Positions 1 through 8,793 are shown, counted from the stretch's first letter. The stretch is DNA of 32,000 bases from Massilicoli timonensis (GCF_900199515.1 NZ_LT963434.1:1832180-1864179), one strand, 5' to 3'. The notes: generated by a model not told the origin, from the sequence alone. A program made the numbers and translations.

Positions 1-1
1 C

Positions 2-1066
2 CAGAGCTACGTTGATTTACTGTCATATTATGGGTTTGACATTGAACATGATCTGGTCTATCACGAAATAAAAGAACAAATCGTATCGCTGCATGATGCT
101 TTGAGCAGATGTGAATTAGAAAGCAGCAGTGCATTGCTTGAACAATTAGAACATCATTTATCTATACAAAATACCTGTATAGAGAGCATCAATCTGCGAT
201 TGTTTTTGCATAGACTGTTACAGTATGTAAAGAATGATGTTTATTTGAGTGAAAGCCAAATTGAAGCATTGTTATCTTATTATCAGAATAAGCCAAAACC
301 ATTGAAGGACCTCATTTTATATTATATGATCTATTCTGCTACTAAGATCAGCTTTACCTATCAGCAATATTTATATGAGAAGATAGAAGCATTACGCGTA
401 TCGGATTATTTGCCGATCATGGTTCATTATATGGGATATTTGATCAACTGCAAACAATTTCAAAAAGCGTTGTTATTAGGAAACGAAATCTATCAAAAAG
501 CGCATGAAACAAAAAATCACTATATGCTGTTTGAGTATTATGAGAATATGCTTGCTTATTATATTCGATATGAACCAAATCAAGTAGAGAAAACCCAGAA
601 ACAGATAGAAGCAATCATGAAGCAAATCCATTTTCCGAGAATCAAAAAGATGCAATACTATCGTAATTATGCCAAACGGTGTATTTCAAAGCATGAATAT
701 CAAAAGGCTTTAGCCGCATTTCAAGAGATACAAGAATACAGTTTACAAGGGAATGTTCATGATCGTGTGAGCATTATATATAATATCACTTTTTGCGAAA
801 GCCAACTTCAAATTCCTTATAGCATCGCTTATGATTATGCATTGAAAAAAGAACATTTTGAAAGCAAGGCTGATTATTATTTGTTTCAATATTTACTAAA
901 GAAGAACGATATGACAAATGCACAACGGGTTCGTTATTTGCATAAGATTGCGAAAGTCATGAAAGATCATGAGGATTATACGAAATTTCAAATAAGGGAA
1001 GAATTATATATGATTAGTATGAAAGATAAAAAGGCAGATCTTTTCCGCTATCTGGAGAATAGATAA
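2..1066 (+). CDS. Helical-repeat (TPR-like) regulator, C-terminal ~355 aa; 5' end lies outside the window. Candidate RNPP/Rgg-type peptide-sensing regulator.
   Basis: The frame of ORF 101..1066 stays open back to nt 2 (QSYVDLLSYYGFDIEHDLVYHEIKEQ...), so the gene is cut by the window edge. Composition is Tyr/Leu/Lys/Glu-rich and all-helical, with TPR-like segments (FQKALLLGNEIYQKA, HEYQKALAAFQEIQEY). A small secreted-peptide ORF follows directly. No HTH is visible in the window. Confidence 0.5.
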   Translation, partial: QSYVDLLSYYGFDIEHDLVYHEIKEQIVSLHDALSRCELESSSALLEQLEHHLSIQNTCIESINLRLFLHRLLQYVKNDVYLSESQIEALLSYYQNKPKPLKDLILYYMIYSATKISFTYQQYLYEKIEALRVSDYLPIMVHYMGYLINCKQFQKALLLGNEIYQKAHETKNHYMLFEYYENMLAYYIRYEPNQVEKTQKQIEAIMKQIHFPRIKKMQYYRNYAKRCISKHEYQKALAAFQEIQEYSLQGNVHDRVSIIYNITFCESQLQIPYSIAYDYALKKEHFESKADYYLFQYLLKKNDMTNAQRVRYLHKIAKVMKDHEDYTKFQIREELYMISMKDKKADLFRYLENR

Positions 1067-1194
1067 ATCACATAAAAAGTAAACAATTATGCAACTTTTT
1101 TCAGCGTTATCTAACCTATTTGTAAACAGTGGCATTTTGTTATGGCGTGTGATAATCTAAAGATAGGAAAGGAGTTTATAATAAAATTGTTGTA

Positions 1195-1317
1195 ATGATG
1201 AAAAGAACTAAGATATTATTAAAATTAGCATTGCTTTTCTGCTTGATCGTTTTGACGGCAAATGCAGTAGAAAGCATGCAACCGCGTTCAAGAGAAACGT
1301 GGATAGAAAAAAATTAA
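1195..1317 (+). CDS. 40-aa secreted pro-peptide candidate (MMKRTKILLKLALLFCLIVLTANAVESMQPRSRETWIEKN)
   Basis: Hand-translated; below the ORF-track size cutoff. It has a basic N-terminus, a hydrophobic core and an A-N-A|V cleavage-like site, leaving a 16-aa polar tail. An extended -10 (TGTGATAAT, 1148-1156) lies upstream. The SD GGAG (1171-1174) sits 20 nt from the ATG, which is suboptimal. It lies 128 nt downstream of, and co-directional with, the TPR-like regulator. Confidence 0.4.
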   Translation: MMKRTKILLKLALLFCLIVLTANAVESMQPRSRETWIEKN

Positions 1318-1342
1318 ATCATTTAATGAGAGAGGAGCAAAA

Positions 1343-1963
1343 ATGAAAAAAAAGATATTTATAACGGTATTGTTATGTTTGTTTTCAATTTCACCGATTT
1401 CTTTGCGAGCCAATGAACTTGAAAGAAACACGGTGGAATCAGATCATGAAATTGTAATAGAAAACGTTGATGAATTAAGTGATGCGGAAATTGATAGAAT
1501 CATGAAAAAAGAAACCGAAAAGTATTTAGAGCGTGTTGTTCCGGGTTATGCGGATGAAAAGAAAGTAAGAGCCAGACCGACCTATGAAACGGTCTACGGA
1601 ACAGCCAAAACGGTAACGATTGGCGGATATGCCGGAAATCAGCCGGCAGGAGGCAGAAGATTTAACACAGGAGGAGGCTTTTGGTTCTCTGATAGCGGTG
1701 GACCTACTGCTTCATTAAATGTATCTTTTCCTGCACCTTATGATTTGATCAGTGTTTCCGTTACGCTGGGATCAGTTGGAAGTAGCGGCGTATTTGTACT
1801 AGCTCCTGATACGACCCATTATTTTAAGCTTTATGTTTCCAAAAAAGTTCGTGTACAGCCATATGTCGTATATTATACAAACAGCCAAGGGAAGAAAACC
1901 GTATGGCTTAGAAGTAAAACTACGACAGTAACGAAGGTGGATCAATATGCAAAGCAAGTATAA
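1343..1963 (+). CDS. Secreted protein of unknown function (206 aa)
   Basis: RBS GAGAGGAG sits just upstream of the ATG. Signal peptide MKKKIFITVLLCLFSISPISLRA|NE. An acidic N-terminal region is followed by a Gly-rich, beta-rich C-terminal domain. No family recognised. Confidence 0.8.
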   Translation: MKKKIFITVLLCLFSISPISLRANELERNTVESDHEIVIENVDELSDAEIDRIMKKETEKYLERVVPGYADEKKVRARPTYETVYGTAKTVTIGGYAGNQPAGGRRFNTGGGFWFSDSGGPTASLNVSFPAPYDLISVSVTLGSVGSSGVFVLAPDTTHYFKLYVSKKVRVQPYVVYYTNSQGKKTVWLRSKTTTVTKVDQYAKQV

Positions 1964-2357
1964 ATTATTTGGCAGCATCATTTCTGTTATTTTGATCATT
2001 TTGCTTTTGGTATATTTAACAGTGAATCATTTTGCGATGCGTAAAGAATTGGCTGCCTATCAGGAAGAAAAAAATATCGTCGGTACGTATATGCTGGGCG
2101 AAGGGATCGTCAGCCAGTATTACTTGGTCCTGATGAAAGAAGACGGTGTGATCAAAGCCTCTTTTTATGAACAGCTTGGTGAAATAAAGGAATATACACT
2201 GGTGGAAACAGATGAGAAGGACACTTATTGCCTTAAAGATGTAGAGAATGTGTATCTTGTGTTTTATCCAAAGCAGGTTCATGTTCTACACGATAATCGT
2301 GTCGATCAGTTAGACAAGATCAAGGATACACCTAATTTTGTGAATGTAAAACAGTAA
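1947..2357 (+). CDS. N-terminally membrane-anchored protein of unknown function (136 aa)
   Basis: The ATG overlaps the 3' end of the upstream gene by 17 nt, suggesting coupling. Single TM helix (LFGSIISVILIILLLVYLTV). A terminator follows. Confidence 0.7.
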   Translation: MQSKYKLFGSIISVILIILLLVYLTVNHFAMRKELAAYQEEKNIVGTYMLGEGIVSQYYLVLMKEDGVIKASFYEQLGEIKEYTLVETDEKDTYCLKDVENVYLVFYPKQVHVLHDNRVDQLDKIKDTPNFVNVKQ

Positions 2358-2358
2358 G

Positions 2359-2385
2359 GGAAAGCATGAGAAGCTTTCCTTTTTT
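2359..2385 (+). terminator. Rho-independent terminator
   Basis: GGAAAGC (2359-2365) / GCTTTCC (2373-2379) hairpin followed by a T-run (2380-2385). Confidence 0.8.
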
Positions 2386-2503
2386 ATCAAGTCTTGATCA
2401 TAAGACAGTAAATTGATCGAATTTAATATACTTACTTTTATCTTTTTGATGATTTTGTTTTATGCTTCTTGTGATATAATGAAAATGTCAGGAGGAGTGT
2501 TCT

Positions 2504-2584
2504 ATGAAACCATTTGGAGAAGAACCCCGCTTTGTATTGCTCTTACGCATAGATCTTGCTTTTTCTGTAAAAAAGGAAAAGTAA
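2504..2584 (+). CDS. 26-aa small ORF (MKPFGEEPRFVLLLRIDLAFSVKKEK), possible leader peptide or small protein
   Basis: Extended -10 TGATATAAT (2472-2480). Strong SD AGGAGG (2490-2495) about 8 nt upstream of ATG 2504. Not in the ORF track because it is under 60 aa. There is no conservation evidence. Confidence 0.3.
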   Translation: MKPFGEEPRFVLLLRIDLAFSVKKEK

Positions 2585-2656
2585 AAAATAAAGCATAAAC
2601 GGCAGTTGTCGCAATAAAACACAATCATTCAATATTACAAAAACGAGGTATCATTT

Positions 2657-3025
2657 ATGGAGAATAATAAAACGCTTTATCTGGATGGTGTGTGCAATAA
2701 GCTTTTGCTTGTGATACAGCTTGCTTTCCTTGTTGCGGCGTTTATGACGCGCGAAACCAAAGGCTTTTTATGGGGCGGTATTTTATCCTTGTTGCTGGTC
2801 GAGTGGGTTTTGGAATATCTCACCTATCAAGGGAAATATGGCACATACTTCCGTTCAGGACGCTTTTGGATCATGGCTGTTTACTTGATCGTTATGCTGT
2901 TGGTGATCAGTCAGGATGCTTTTTTAAGTTTTTTGGCAGAGCATTTGTATCTGTATCCGCTTTTATTGCTAGGGTATATCTGGCGAACAGTCAAATTATA
3001 TAAAGAAACAAAAGCATCGCTGTGA
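2657..3025 (+). CDS. Small integral membrane protein (122 aa, ~4 TM)
   Basis: RBS GAGG lies 7 nt upstream. The sequence is hydrophobic throughout (LLLVIQLAFLVAAF, ILSLLLVEWVL, FWIMAVYLIVMLLVI, LYLYPLLLLGYIW). Confidence 0.7.
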   Translation: MENNKTLYLDGVCNKLLLVIQLAFLVAAFMTRETKGFLWGGILSLLLVEWVLEYLTYQGKYGTYFRSGRFWIMAVYLIVMLLVISQDAFLSFLAEHLYLYPLLLLGYIWRTVKLYKETKASL

Positions 3026-3250
3026 CAGGAAAAGTTTTTTGATCATCATCGTGATCGATCATCTGAGCAGTAAGTCTGATAGGGCTGCTGCTCTTTCATT
3101 GTCTGTTTACATATGATGCCGCACTGCTCGATCAAACGCTTTTCTATCATTTAGGGGCGTTTGTTTTTGATCACGATGGTAATCAGAGAGTATTACTTTT
3201 TACCCTTTTCTGCATTCGCGCAAACTTCCTCCTTTTTTATTGGTATAGAA

Positions 3251-3279
3251 TTGTATTTTCAAAGTAAAAAATGTAAAAT
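3251..3279 (+). promoter_or_regulatory. Sigma-A-type promoter for the ABC operon
   Basis: TTGTAT (3251-3256), 17-nt spacer, TAAAAT (3274-3279) preceded by TG (extended -10). Confidence 0.55.
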
Positions 3280-3319
3280 AGTAGTAAGCAGACAGACTAT
3301 CGTAAAAGGTGTGATCAAA

Positions 3320-4024
3320 ATGAGCAGTTATATTGAATTTCAAGATGTAAAGAAGATCTATCGCATGGGAGAAGTGGAAATTCCCGCGCTTGCAGGGGTC
3401 AATTTTACGATTGAAAAAGGTGAATTTGTCGTCATTGCCGGGGCGTCGGGTGCAGGGAAAAGCACCATTTTGAATATTTTAGGCGGTATGGACAGCTGTA
3501 CCGGCGGCAAGATCTATGTCGATGGCAATCTGGTAAGTGATTATAATGAGAAAGAACTGACGACTTATCGCCGTTATGATATCGGTTTTGTGTTTCAGTT
3601 TTATAATTTGGTGCAGAATCTGACGGTAAAAGAAAATGTGGAACTGGCAACGCAGATCTGTAAACATCCGCTGGATATTGATGAAACGATCGCGGCGGTT
3701 GGTTTAGCTGATCGTAAAAATAATTTTCCGGCACAGTTATCCGGCGGGGAACAGCAGCGCGTGGCGATTGCCAGAGCGTTGGCAAAAAATCCAAAACTGC
3801 TTTTATGTGATGAACCGACCGGTGCTTTGGACTACAATACCGGGAAACAAGTGTTGAAATTGCTGCAGGATACATGTCGGGAACGGGGGATCTGTGTGAT
3901 CGTCATTACGCATAATCTGGCGCTTACGGCGATGGGAGATAAGGTCATCAAGGTCAGAAACGGCCTGATCGAAAGCATTGAAATCAATGAAAATCCAATG
4001 CCGGTAGAAAGGATCGAATACTAA
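3320..4024 (+). CDS. ABC transporter ATP-binding protein, MacB/LolD-type
   Basis: Walker [11 protein letters not shown]-loop, signature LSGGEQQR, Walker [10 protein letters not shown]-loop ITHN. The likely start is ATG 3320 ([14 protein letters not shown]) after AAAGGTG. The 3161 start in the ORF track adds an implausible N-terminal extension. Confidence 0.95.
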   Translation: MSSYIEFQDVKKIYRMGEVEIPALAGVNFTIEKGEFVVIAGASGAGKSTILNILGGMDSCTGGKIYVDGNLVSDYNEKELTTYRRYDIGFVFQFYNLVQNLTVKENVELATQICKHPLDIDETIAAVGLADRKNNFPAQLSGGEQQRVAIARALAKNPKLLLCDEPTGALDYNTGKQVLKLLQDTCRERGICVIVITHNLALTAMGDKVIKVRNGLIESIEINENPMPVERIEY

Positions 4025-7000
4025 TGAAAGCATATGTGCTGGATATCATCAGAGAAATGCGGCACAGCTTCGGCAGATTTTTCTCGATCATGGCGATCGT
4101 GGCGATCGGCACCGCCTTCTTTGCCGGTGTAAAGGCCAGTATTCCCGACATGAAATATACTGCCGATCAATATTACAAAGCGTATAACCTAATGGATATA
4201 CGATTGGTTTCAACGATGGGCTTTACCGATGAAGATGTGGAGGCAATCCGTGCAGTAGATGGATTAGAAGGTGTGATGCCGGCTTATTCCATGGATTTTT
4301 TGACACATTATGATACACAGCAGTATGTCGTAAAAGTAATCGGTTTATCCGGCGATGATCGAAATGATCCGAACTATATCAATCAAATGCGTTTGGTATC
4401 AGGCAGAATGCCGAAGAAAAGTGATGAATGTGTAATCGAAGAGCAGGAACTGATCAAGAGCGGTTTTGCGATCGGTGATACGATCCGGTTAGAAAGCGGC
4501 AGTGAAGATGCTTTAAGCGATACATTGAAGCGAGATACGTATCGTATTGTCGGTACTGTCTATACGCCGGATTATCTCAGTCATGAAAAGGGGACATCGA
4601 CGATCGGCAGCGGCAAGGTCGATCTGTTTATCGGAATCGATGCGGACAATTATTGCAGCGACTATTACAGTGAAGTGCTGGTTACGGTCAAAGGGGCAAA
4701 GGCATATAACAGCTATACGGACGCCTATTTTGATGTGGTGAACCAAGTGAGCGCGGCTTTGGAGCAGGTCGGACAAGATCGCAGCGACATTCGCTATGAA
4801 CAGATACAGACAAAGGCACAGGAAGCGTTAGCGGAAAAAGAAGCGCAGTATGAAGAAGCGCGTGCGGCTTTTGAAACTGAGATCAGTGAAGCGCAAAGTC
4901 AATTAGAAAGTGCAAGAGATGAAATTTTACTAGGACAGGCACAGCTAGAAAGCGGCAAGATCAATTTAGAAAGCACAGTTGCTTTGAGTGAAATGCAAAT
5001 TGCGCAAAATGAAGCAACGATCGCGCAGTATGAAATACAGCTGGAAGAAGTCGTGGCATTACAGAAACAGATGCACGAGCAATATGAACCGATCATCGAA
5101 CAGGCTGAAGCGCGTTTGAAAGAGCAGCAGGCGCAGGAAGCAAGGTTGCAGGCACAGCTGGCTGATCCGGCTTTGTCGCAGGCAGAAAAAGCGGCGTTGG
5201 AAACACAGCTGCAGCTTGTGCAAAGAGAGATCGCACAGTTAAAAAGTACGATCGAAAACAGTGAAAAAGCAGTTGTGACGGTGGATGAGAAAGTTGCGAC
5301 CTTTGAACAGATGATCGCAGACGGCAAGCGGCAGCTGGAGGAAGCGAAAGCAGCATTGGCTGCAAAAAAAGCGGAAAGCGAGGCGCAGTTTGCGCAGGCG
5401 CAAAAACAGTTGGACGCAGCGCAGGAGGCTTATGTAAACGGCAAATTGGAATTAGAGAAAAACCGTACTCTAGGCGAACAGGAGCTGTCTTTGGCAGCAG
5501 AAAAATTGGCGCAGGGAAAAGAACAGTTGTCTTCCTTGCCGGAACCGACCTGGTATGTGCTGGATCGCAATTCTCATTATTCCTATCGTGATTATGAGAG
5601 CGTAACCGAGCGAATGGATGGGATCGCCAAAGTATTCCCGGTGTTCTTTTTGCTGGTATGCGCACTTGTCTGTTTAACGACGATGACGCGTATGGTAGAT
5701 GAACAGCGCAGCATGATCGGTACTTATAAAGCGCTTGGCTATTCTAAAGTCGCCATTGCGATGAAATATGTCCTGTATGCGCTTGTTGCGGGCATTGTGG
5801 GCAGTGTGATCGGCTGTTTGATCGGTATGCATCTGTTTCCAAGCGTGATCTTTTATGCGTGGAACCTCATGTATAATTTGCCGGATCTCCAATTTGAAAT
5901 ACAAATTCCGTTGGCCCTGCAGGCATCGCTCAGCGTCATTGCGGTAACGATCGCAGCGACGATCTTTGCATGCTATCATGAATTGGTGGAAGTACCGGCT
6001 TTGTTGATGCGGCCGAAAGCGCCGAAAAACGGCAAGAAGATCATGCTGGAGCGTTTGTCATTTCTGTGGAGCCGCTTCTCTTTTACGCAAAAGGTTACGG
6101 CGCGCAATCTATTCCGTTACAAGAAACGCTTTTTCATGACAGTGATCGGTATCAGCGGCTGTACGGCACTGCTGGTGGCGGGCTTTGGCATTCAGGACAG
6201 CATTGCGGAAATCGTCGATAAACAGTATGAAGAGATCATGCAGTATGACAGCATGCTTACCTTTTCGGCAGACAGCACGTATCAGCAGCGCGATCAGGTG
6301 GAAACCAAACTGAAAGAAGATAAGCAGATCAAGGCATATGAGGGGATCATGCAGAAAAATGCAACGGTAAACGATGACGGCGAGGAAACAAATGTAACGC
6401 TGATCATCGCAGAGGACAGCAGTGATTTTAATGAATTTGTGCTGATGCAAAATCGCAGAAGCAAGGAAGAACTGCATTTGAACAGCGATGGGGCGATCAT
6501 AACGGAAAAACTTTCTAAGAATTTGGGCGTTTCGGTTGGCGACAACGTTTCGATCACTTTGGAAAACGGGCAGATGAAGGAAGTCAAGATCACCGGTGTC
6601 ATGGAAAACTATGTGGGCCATACGCTGTATATGACACCGGGTTATTACAAGGAATTAAGCGGTGAACGCACCGTGGTCAATGCGTATTATATCCAGATGA
6701 AAGAAGTGAGCGATGAAACGGAAGCCGCTTTGGGCAGCCGCTATATGGAATTGGATGGTGTTTCCTCTATGTCCTTTTACAGCGGTGTTGCCAAATCCTT
6801 TGAAGATACGATCGCTTCGATCTCTTTTGTCGTTTATGTTTTGATCGGTGCGGCGGGACTATTGGCGTTTGTCGTATTGTATAATCTAACGAATGTCAAT
6901 ATCAGTGAGCGCACCAGAGAAATTGCGACCATCAAAGTGTTGGGCTTTTATCCGAAAGAAGTTTCTTCGTATGTCTATCGGGAAAATATCGTACTGACTT

Positions 7001-7221
7001 TGATCGGCGGTCTTTGCGGGTTGGTGCTTGGCATCGCGCTGCATGCGCTGATCATGAATCTGGCGGAAATGCCGGAAGTGATGTTCGGAAGAAATATTGA
7101 GCCGCTTTCCTTTGTATATTCGATGATTTTGACGCTGGTGTTTGCGATGATCGTGAATATCGTCATGTATCGCAGACTGCGTCAGATTCCAATGGTGGAA
7201 TCACTGAAGTCGGTTGAATAG
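4024..7221 (+). CDS. Duplicated FtsX/MacB-type ABC permease (1065 aa) with a long coiled-coil insert in the first extracytoplasmic domain
   Basis: The start overlaps the ATPase stop (TAATG, 4022-4026). After an N-terminal TM and an extracytoplasmic domain comes a ~250-aa Q/A/E/L heptad-rich segment (nt ~4800-5530). An FtsX-like TM bundle follows (nt ~5620-6000). A second TM / extracytoplasmic domain / FtsX bundle forms the C-terminus (ERTREIATIKVLGF...). Confidence 0.9.
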   Translation: MKAYVLDIIREMRHSFGRFFSIMAIVAIGTAFFAGVKASIPDMKYTADQYYKAYNLMDIRLVSTMGFTDEDVEAIRAVDGLEGVMPAYSMDFLTHYDTQQYVVKVIGLSGDDRNDPNYINQMRLVSGRMPKKSDECVIEEQELIKSGFAIGDTIRLESGSEDALSDTLKRDTYRIVGTVYTPDYLSHEKGTSTIGSGKVDLFIGIDADNYCSDYYSEVLVTVKGAKAYNSYTDAYFDVVNQVSAALEQVGQDRSDIRYEQIQTKAQEALAEKEAQYEEARAAFETEISEAQSQLESARDEILLGQAQLESGKINLESTVALSEMQIAQNEATIAQYEIQLEEVVALQKQMHEQYEPIIEQAEARLKEQQAQEARLQAQLADPALSQAEKAALETQLQLVQREIAQLKSTIENSEKAVVTVDEKVATFEQMIADGKRQLEEAKAALAAKKAESEAQFAQAQKQLDAAQEAYVNGKLELEKNRTLGEQELSLAAEKLAQGKEQLSSLPEPTWYVLDRNSHYSYRDYESVTERMDGIAKVFPVFFLLVCALVCLTTMTRMVDEQRSMIGTYKALGYSKVAIAMKYVLYALVAGIVGSVIGCLIGMHLFPSVIFYAWNLMYNLPDLQFEIQIPLALQASLSVIAVTIAATIFACYHELVEVPALLMRPKAPKNGKKIMLERLSFLWSRFSFTQKVTARNLFRYKKRFFMTVIGISGCTALLVAGFGIQDSIAEIVDKQYEEIMQYDSMLTFSADSTYQQRDQVETKLKEDKQIKAYEGIMQKNATVNDDGEETNVTLIIAEDSSDFNEFVLMQNRRSKEELHLNSDGAIITEKLSKNLGVSVGDNVSITLENGQMKEVKITGVMENYVGHTLYMTPGYYKELSGERTVVNAYYIQMKEVSDETEAALGSRYMELDGVSSMSFYSGVAKSFEDTIASISFVVYVLIGAAGLLAFVVLYNLTNVNISERTREIATIKVLGFYPKEVSSYVYRENIVLTLIGGLCGLVLGIALHALIMNLAEMPEVMFGRNIEPLSFVYSMILTLVFAMIVNIVMYRRLRQIPMVESLKSVE

Positions 7222-7299
7222 GGAAAGGAGCGATGAAAAACAGGAATGACAGACGTATGATAAAATAAAGGTATGATGATCGGGAAGGGAGAAAATGAT

Positions 7300-8793
7300 A
7301 TGAAGTATGTAACAAAACGCAATTTAATGTATGTGAATATGGCTGCCGGCGTGGTCGGATTGATCGCTTTGTTGCAGCAGCTTACCCTGAAAAGCAGCTA
7401 TAACGGAAGTTTATCGGGAATCAGCGGACAGATTTCTTTTCTGTATTTTCTGTTTGTCGCTACGATCATTTTAGAACTGATCGCTTTGGGAATTGCGGCG
7501 ACAATCTATTTTTACCGCAAGGAGCAGGATCGCAACTTACTTGTTACGCTGGGGGTTGCGGCAGTGGTCCTGCTGGCGATGCTGCTGGCAAATTCCGCGG
7601 TTTCTATTCTGCGGGAAGCCGGTCAGGTTTTGAACGGAAATTTAGGCAGCGCTTTTTCGCTTTATTCCAAATACGGGAATATGAGTTCTGCTGATCTTAC
7701 CGCAAAAATGGAAAACGGATTAAAAATTTTGATTTTTGCTTATATCGTCAGCACTGTATATGGCGGATGCAATCTTTTCTTCTATTGGAAAAAGAAAGAC
7801 GGCTTTTTTGCAGGCGATGGGAAATTAGATGTCGATGTGCAGAAAGTACAGGAAACAAAGGAAGCGATGATGCAAAGCGCTGCTGATACGACAGAGGCAT
7901 TGAAACAGAACGTCAATACGATGACAGATAAAATAAAAGCCTTCTATCAGACGCCTAACGGCAAAAAAACAGTGCTGGGGATCGGTGCGGTAATCGTACT
8001 GTTATTGGGTTATTTGGTTTATGTGAATGTCTTTAAGAAAACGGATATCAATTTGATCAACGGATGCAAGATCAGCGTAGATGGGGATTCCGGAAACGGC
8101 TATGCGACAGTAAGCGGCTGTCAGGTCGCGTATAATCAAAATAATGACAGACTGGCATCGTTTGTGCACAATATCGAATATGAAGTGCAAGGCGAAAACG
8201 GAACCTTCCAAAACGGTGATCAGGTGCAGGTAAAAGCGGTTTATGACGAGGAAGAAGCGAAGGCGCTGAAGCTGCGCATCACTGATGATACGTTCAGTAC
8301 CGAAGTAAAAGGATTGATCGAATATTATGTGAGTGATGAGGATGTTCCGAAGAAAATCAAGAATGAAGTCGAAAAGCAGATGGAAGAGGCGCTCGCTTTG
8401 TTTATCGAGGATGTGGAATTGGGTGATCGCTATTTATCGTTAGATGATGATAAAGACATCGTGGTAACAGATCGGGAATTAAAGGGGAAACTGTTTCATG
8501 TAAATGATCTTTTCCAGTCATCGCGGGGCAGTTATATTTATATTTATCAATTAACGGTAGAAGGTCAAGTAAGAACCAGCTATTTTGACGATACCTATGA
8601 AGCACGAACGAGAAACGTTTATGTGTTATTTGAGACTGCATCGCTTTCTTCTGACTATTTGGAGGAACATCAAGATCTTGAAGAAAGCTATGATGTATTT
8701 GACAGCGATGATGACAGTTATGCGGATATGAAACTGGAAAAAATCGCGAAAAAGATCGCTTATTTGAGCGGACGATTAAGTGTGATAGAATAA
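7300..8793 (+). CDS. Polytopic membrane protein with a C-terminal extracytoplasmic domain (497 aa), unknown function
   Basis: RBS GGAAGGGAG (7283-7291) precedes ATG 7300 (MKYVTKRNL). There are ~4 N-terminal TM helices, a linker, a fifth TM (TVLGIGAVIVLLLGYLVYV), then a ~250-aa acidic soluble domain. It lies 78 nt after the permease gene with no intervening terminator. Confidence 0.8.
   Translation: MKYVTKRNLMYVNMAAGVVGLIALLQQLTLKSSYNGSLSGISGQISFLYFLFVATIILELIALGIAATIYFYRKEQDRNLLVTLGVAAVVLLAMLLANSAVSILREAGQVLNGNLGSAFSLYSKYGNMSSADLTAKMENGLKILIFAYIVSTVYGGCNLFFYWKKKDGFFAGDGKLDVDVQKVQETKEAMMQSAADTTEALKQNVNTMTDKIKAFYQTPNGKKTVLGIGAVIVLLLGYLVYVNVFKKTDINLINGCKISVDGDSGNGYATVSGCQVAYNQNNDRLASFVHNIEYEVQGENGTFQNGDQVQVKAVYDEEEAKALKLRITDDTFSTEVKGLIEYYVSDEDVPKKIKNEVEKQMEEALALFIEDVELGDRYLSLDDDKDIVVTDRELKGKLFHVNDLFQSSRGSYIYIYQLTVEGQVRTSYFDDTYEARTRNVYVLFETASLSSDYLEEHQDLEESYDVFDSDDDSYADMKLEKIAKKIAYLSGRLSVIE

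Noticed and set aside
1346-1353. A8 run at the start of the secreted-protein gene as a second phase-variation tract
   Set aside because: It simply encodes the common MKKK signal-peptide N-terminus. A8 is unremarkable in AT-rich sequence, and the gene is intact.
3047-3178. 10-nt inverted repeat CATCGTGATC / GATCACGATG, 113 nt apart, in the intergenic region upstream of the ABC operon
   Set aside because: Given the window length and the GATC-rich composition, a few such 10-mers within ~150 nt are expected by chance. No supporting secondary structure or second copy was found.
3161-3319. Extended N-terminus of the ABC ATPase from the TTG/ATG at 3161
   Set aside because: The extension overlaps the predicted promoter and encodes a hydrophobic non-ABC sequence. 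ATG 3320 gives the standard N-terminus with an upstream SD.
4899-5665. Long minus-strand ORFs (142 aa and 190 aa) antisense to the permease gene
   Set aside because: They lie exactly opposite the Q/A/E-rich coiled-coil coding segment. They give Ser/Cys/Ala/Pro-rich low-complexity translations with no RBS, so they are mirror-frame artefacts of biased codon content.
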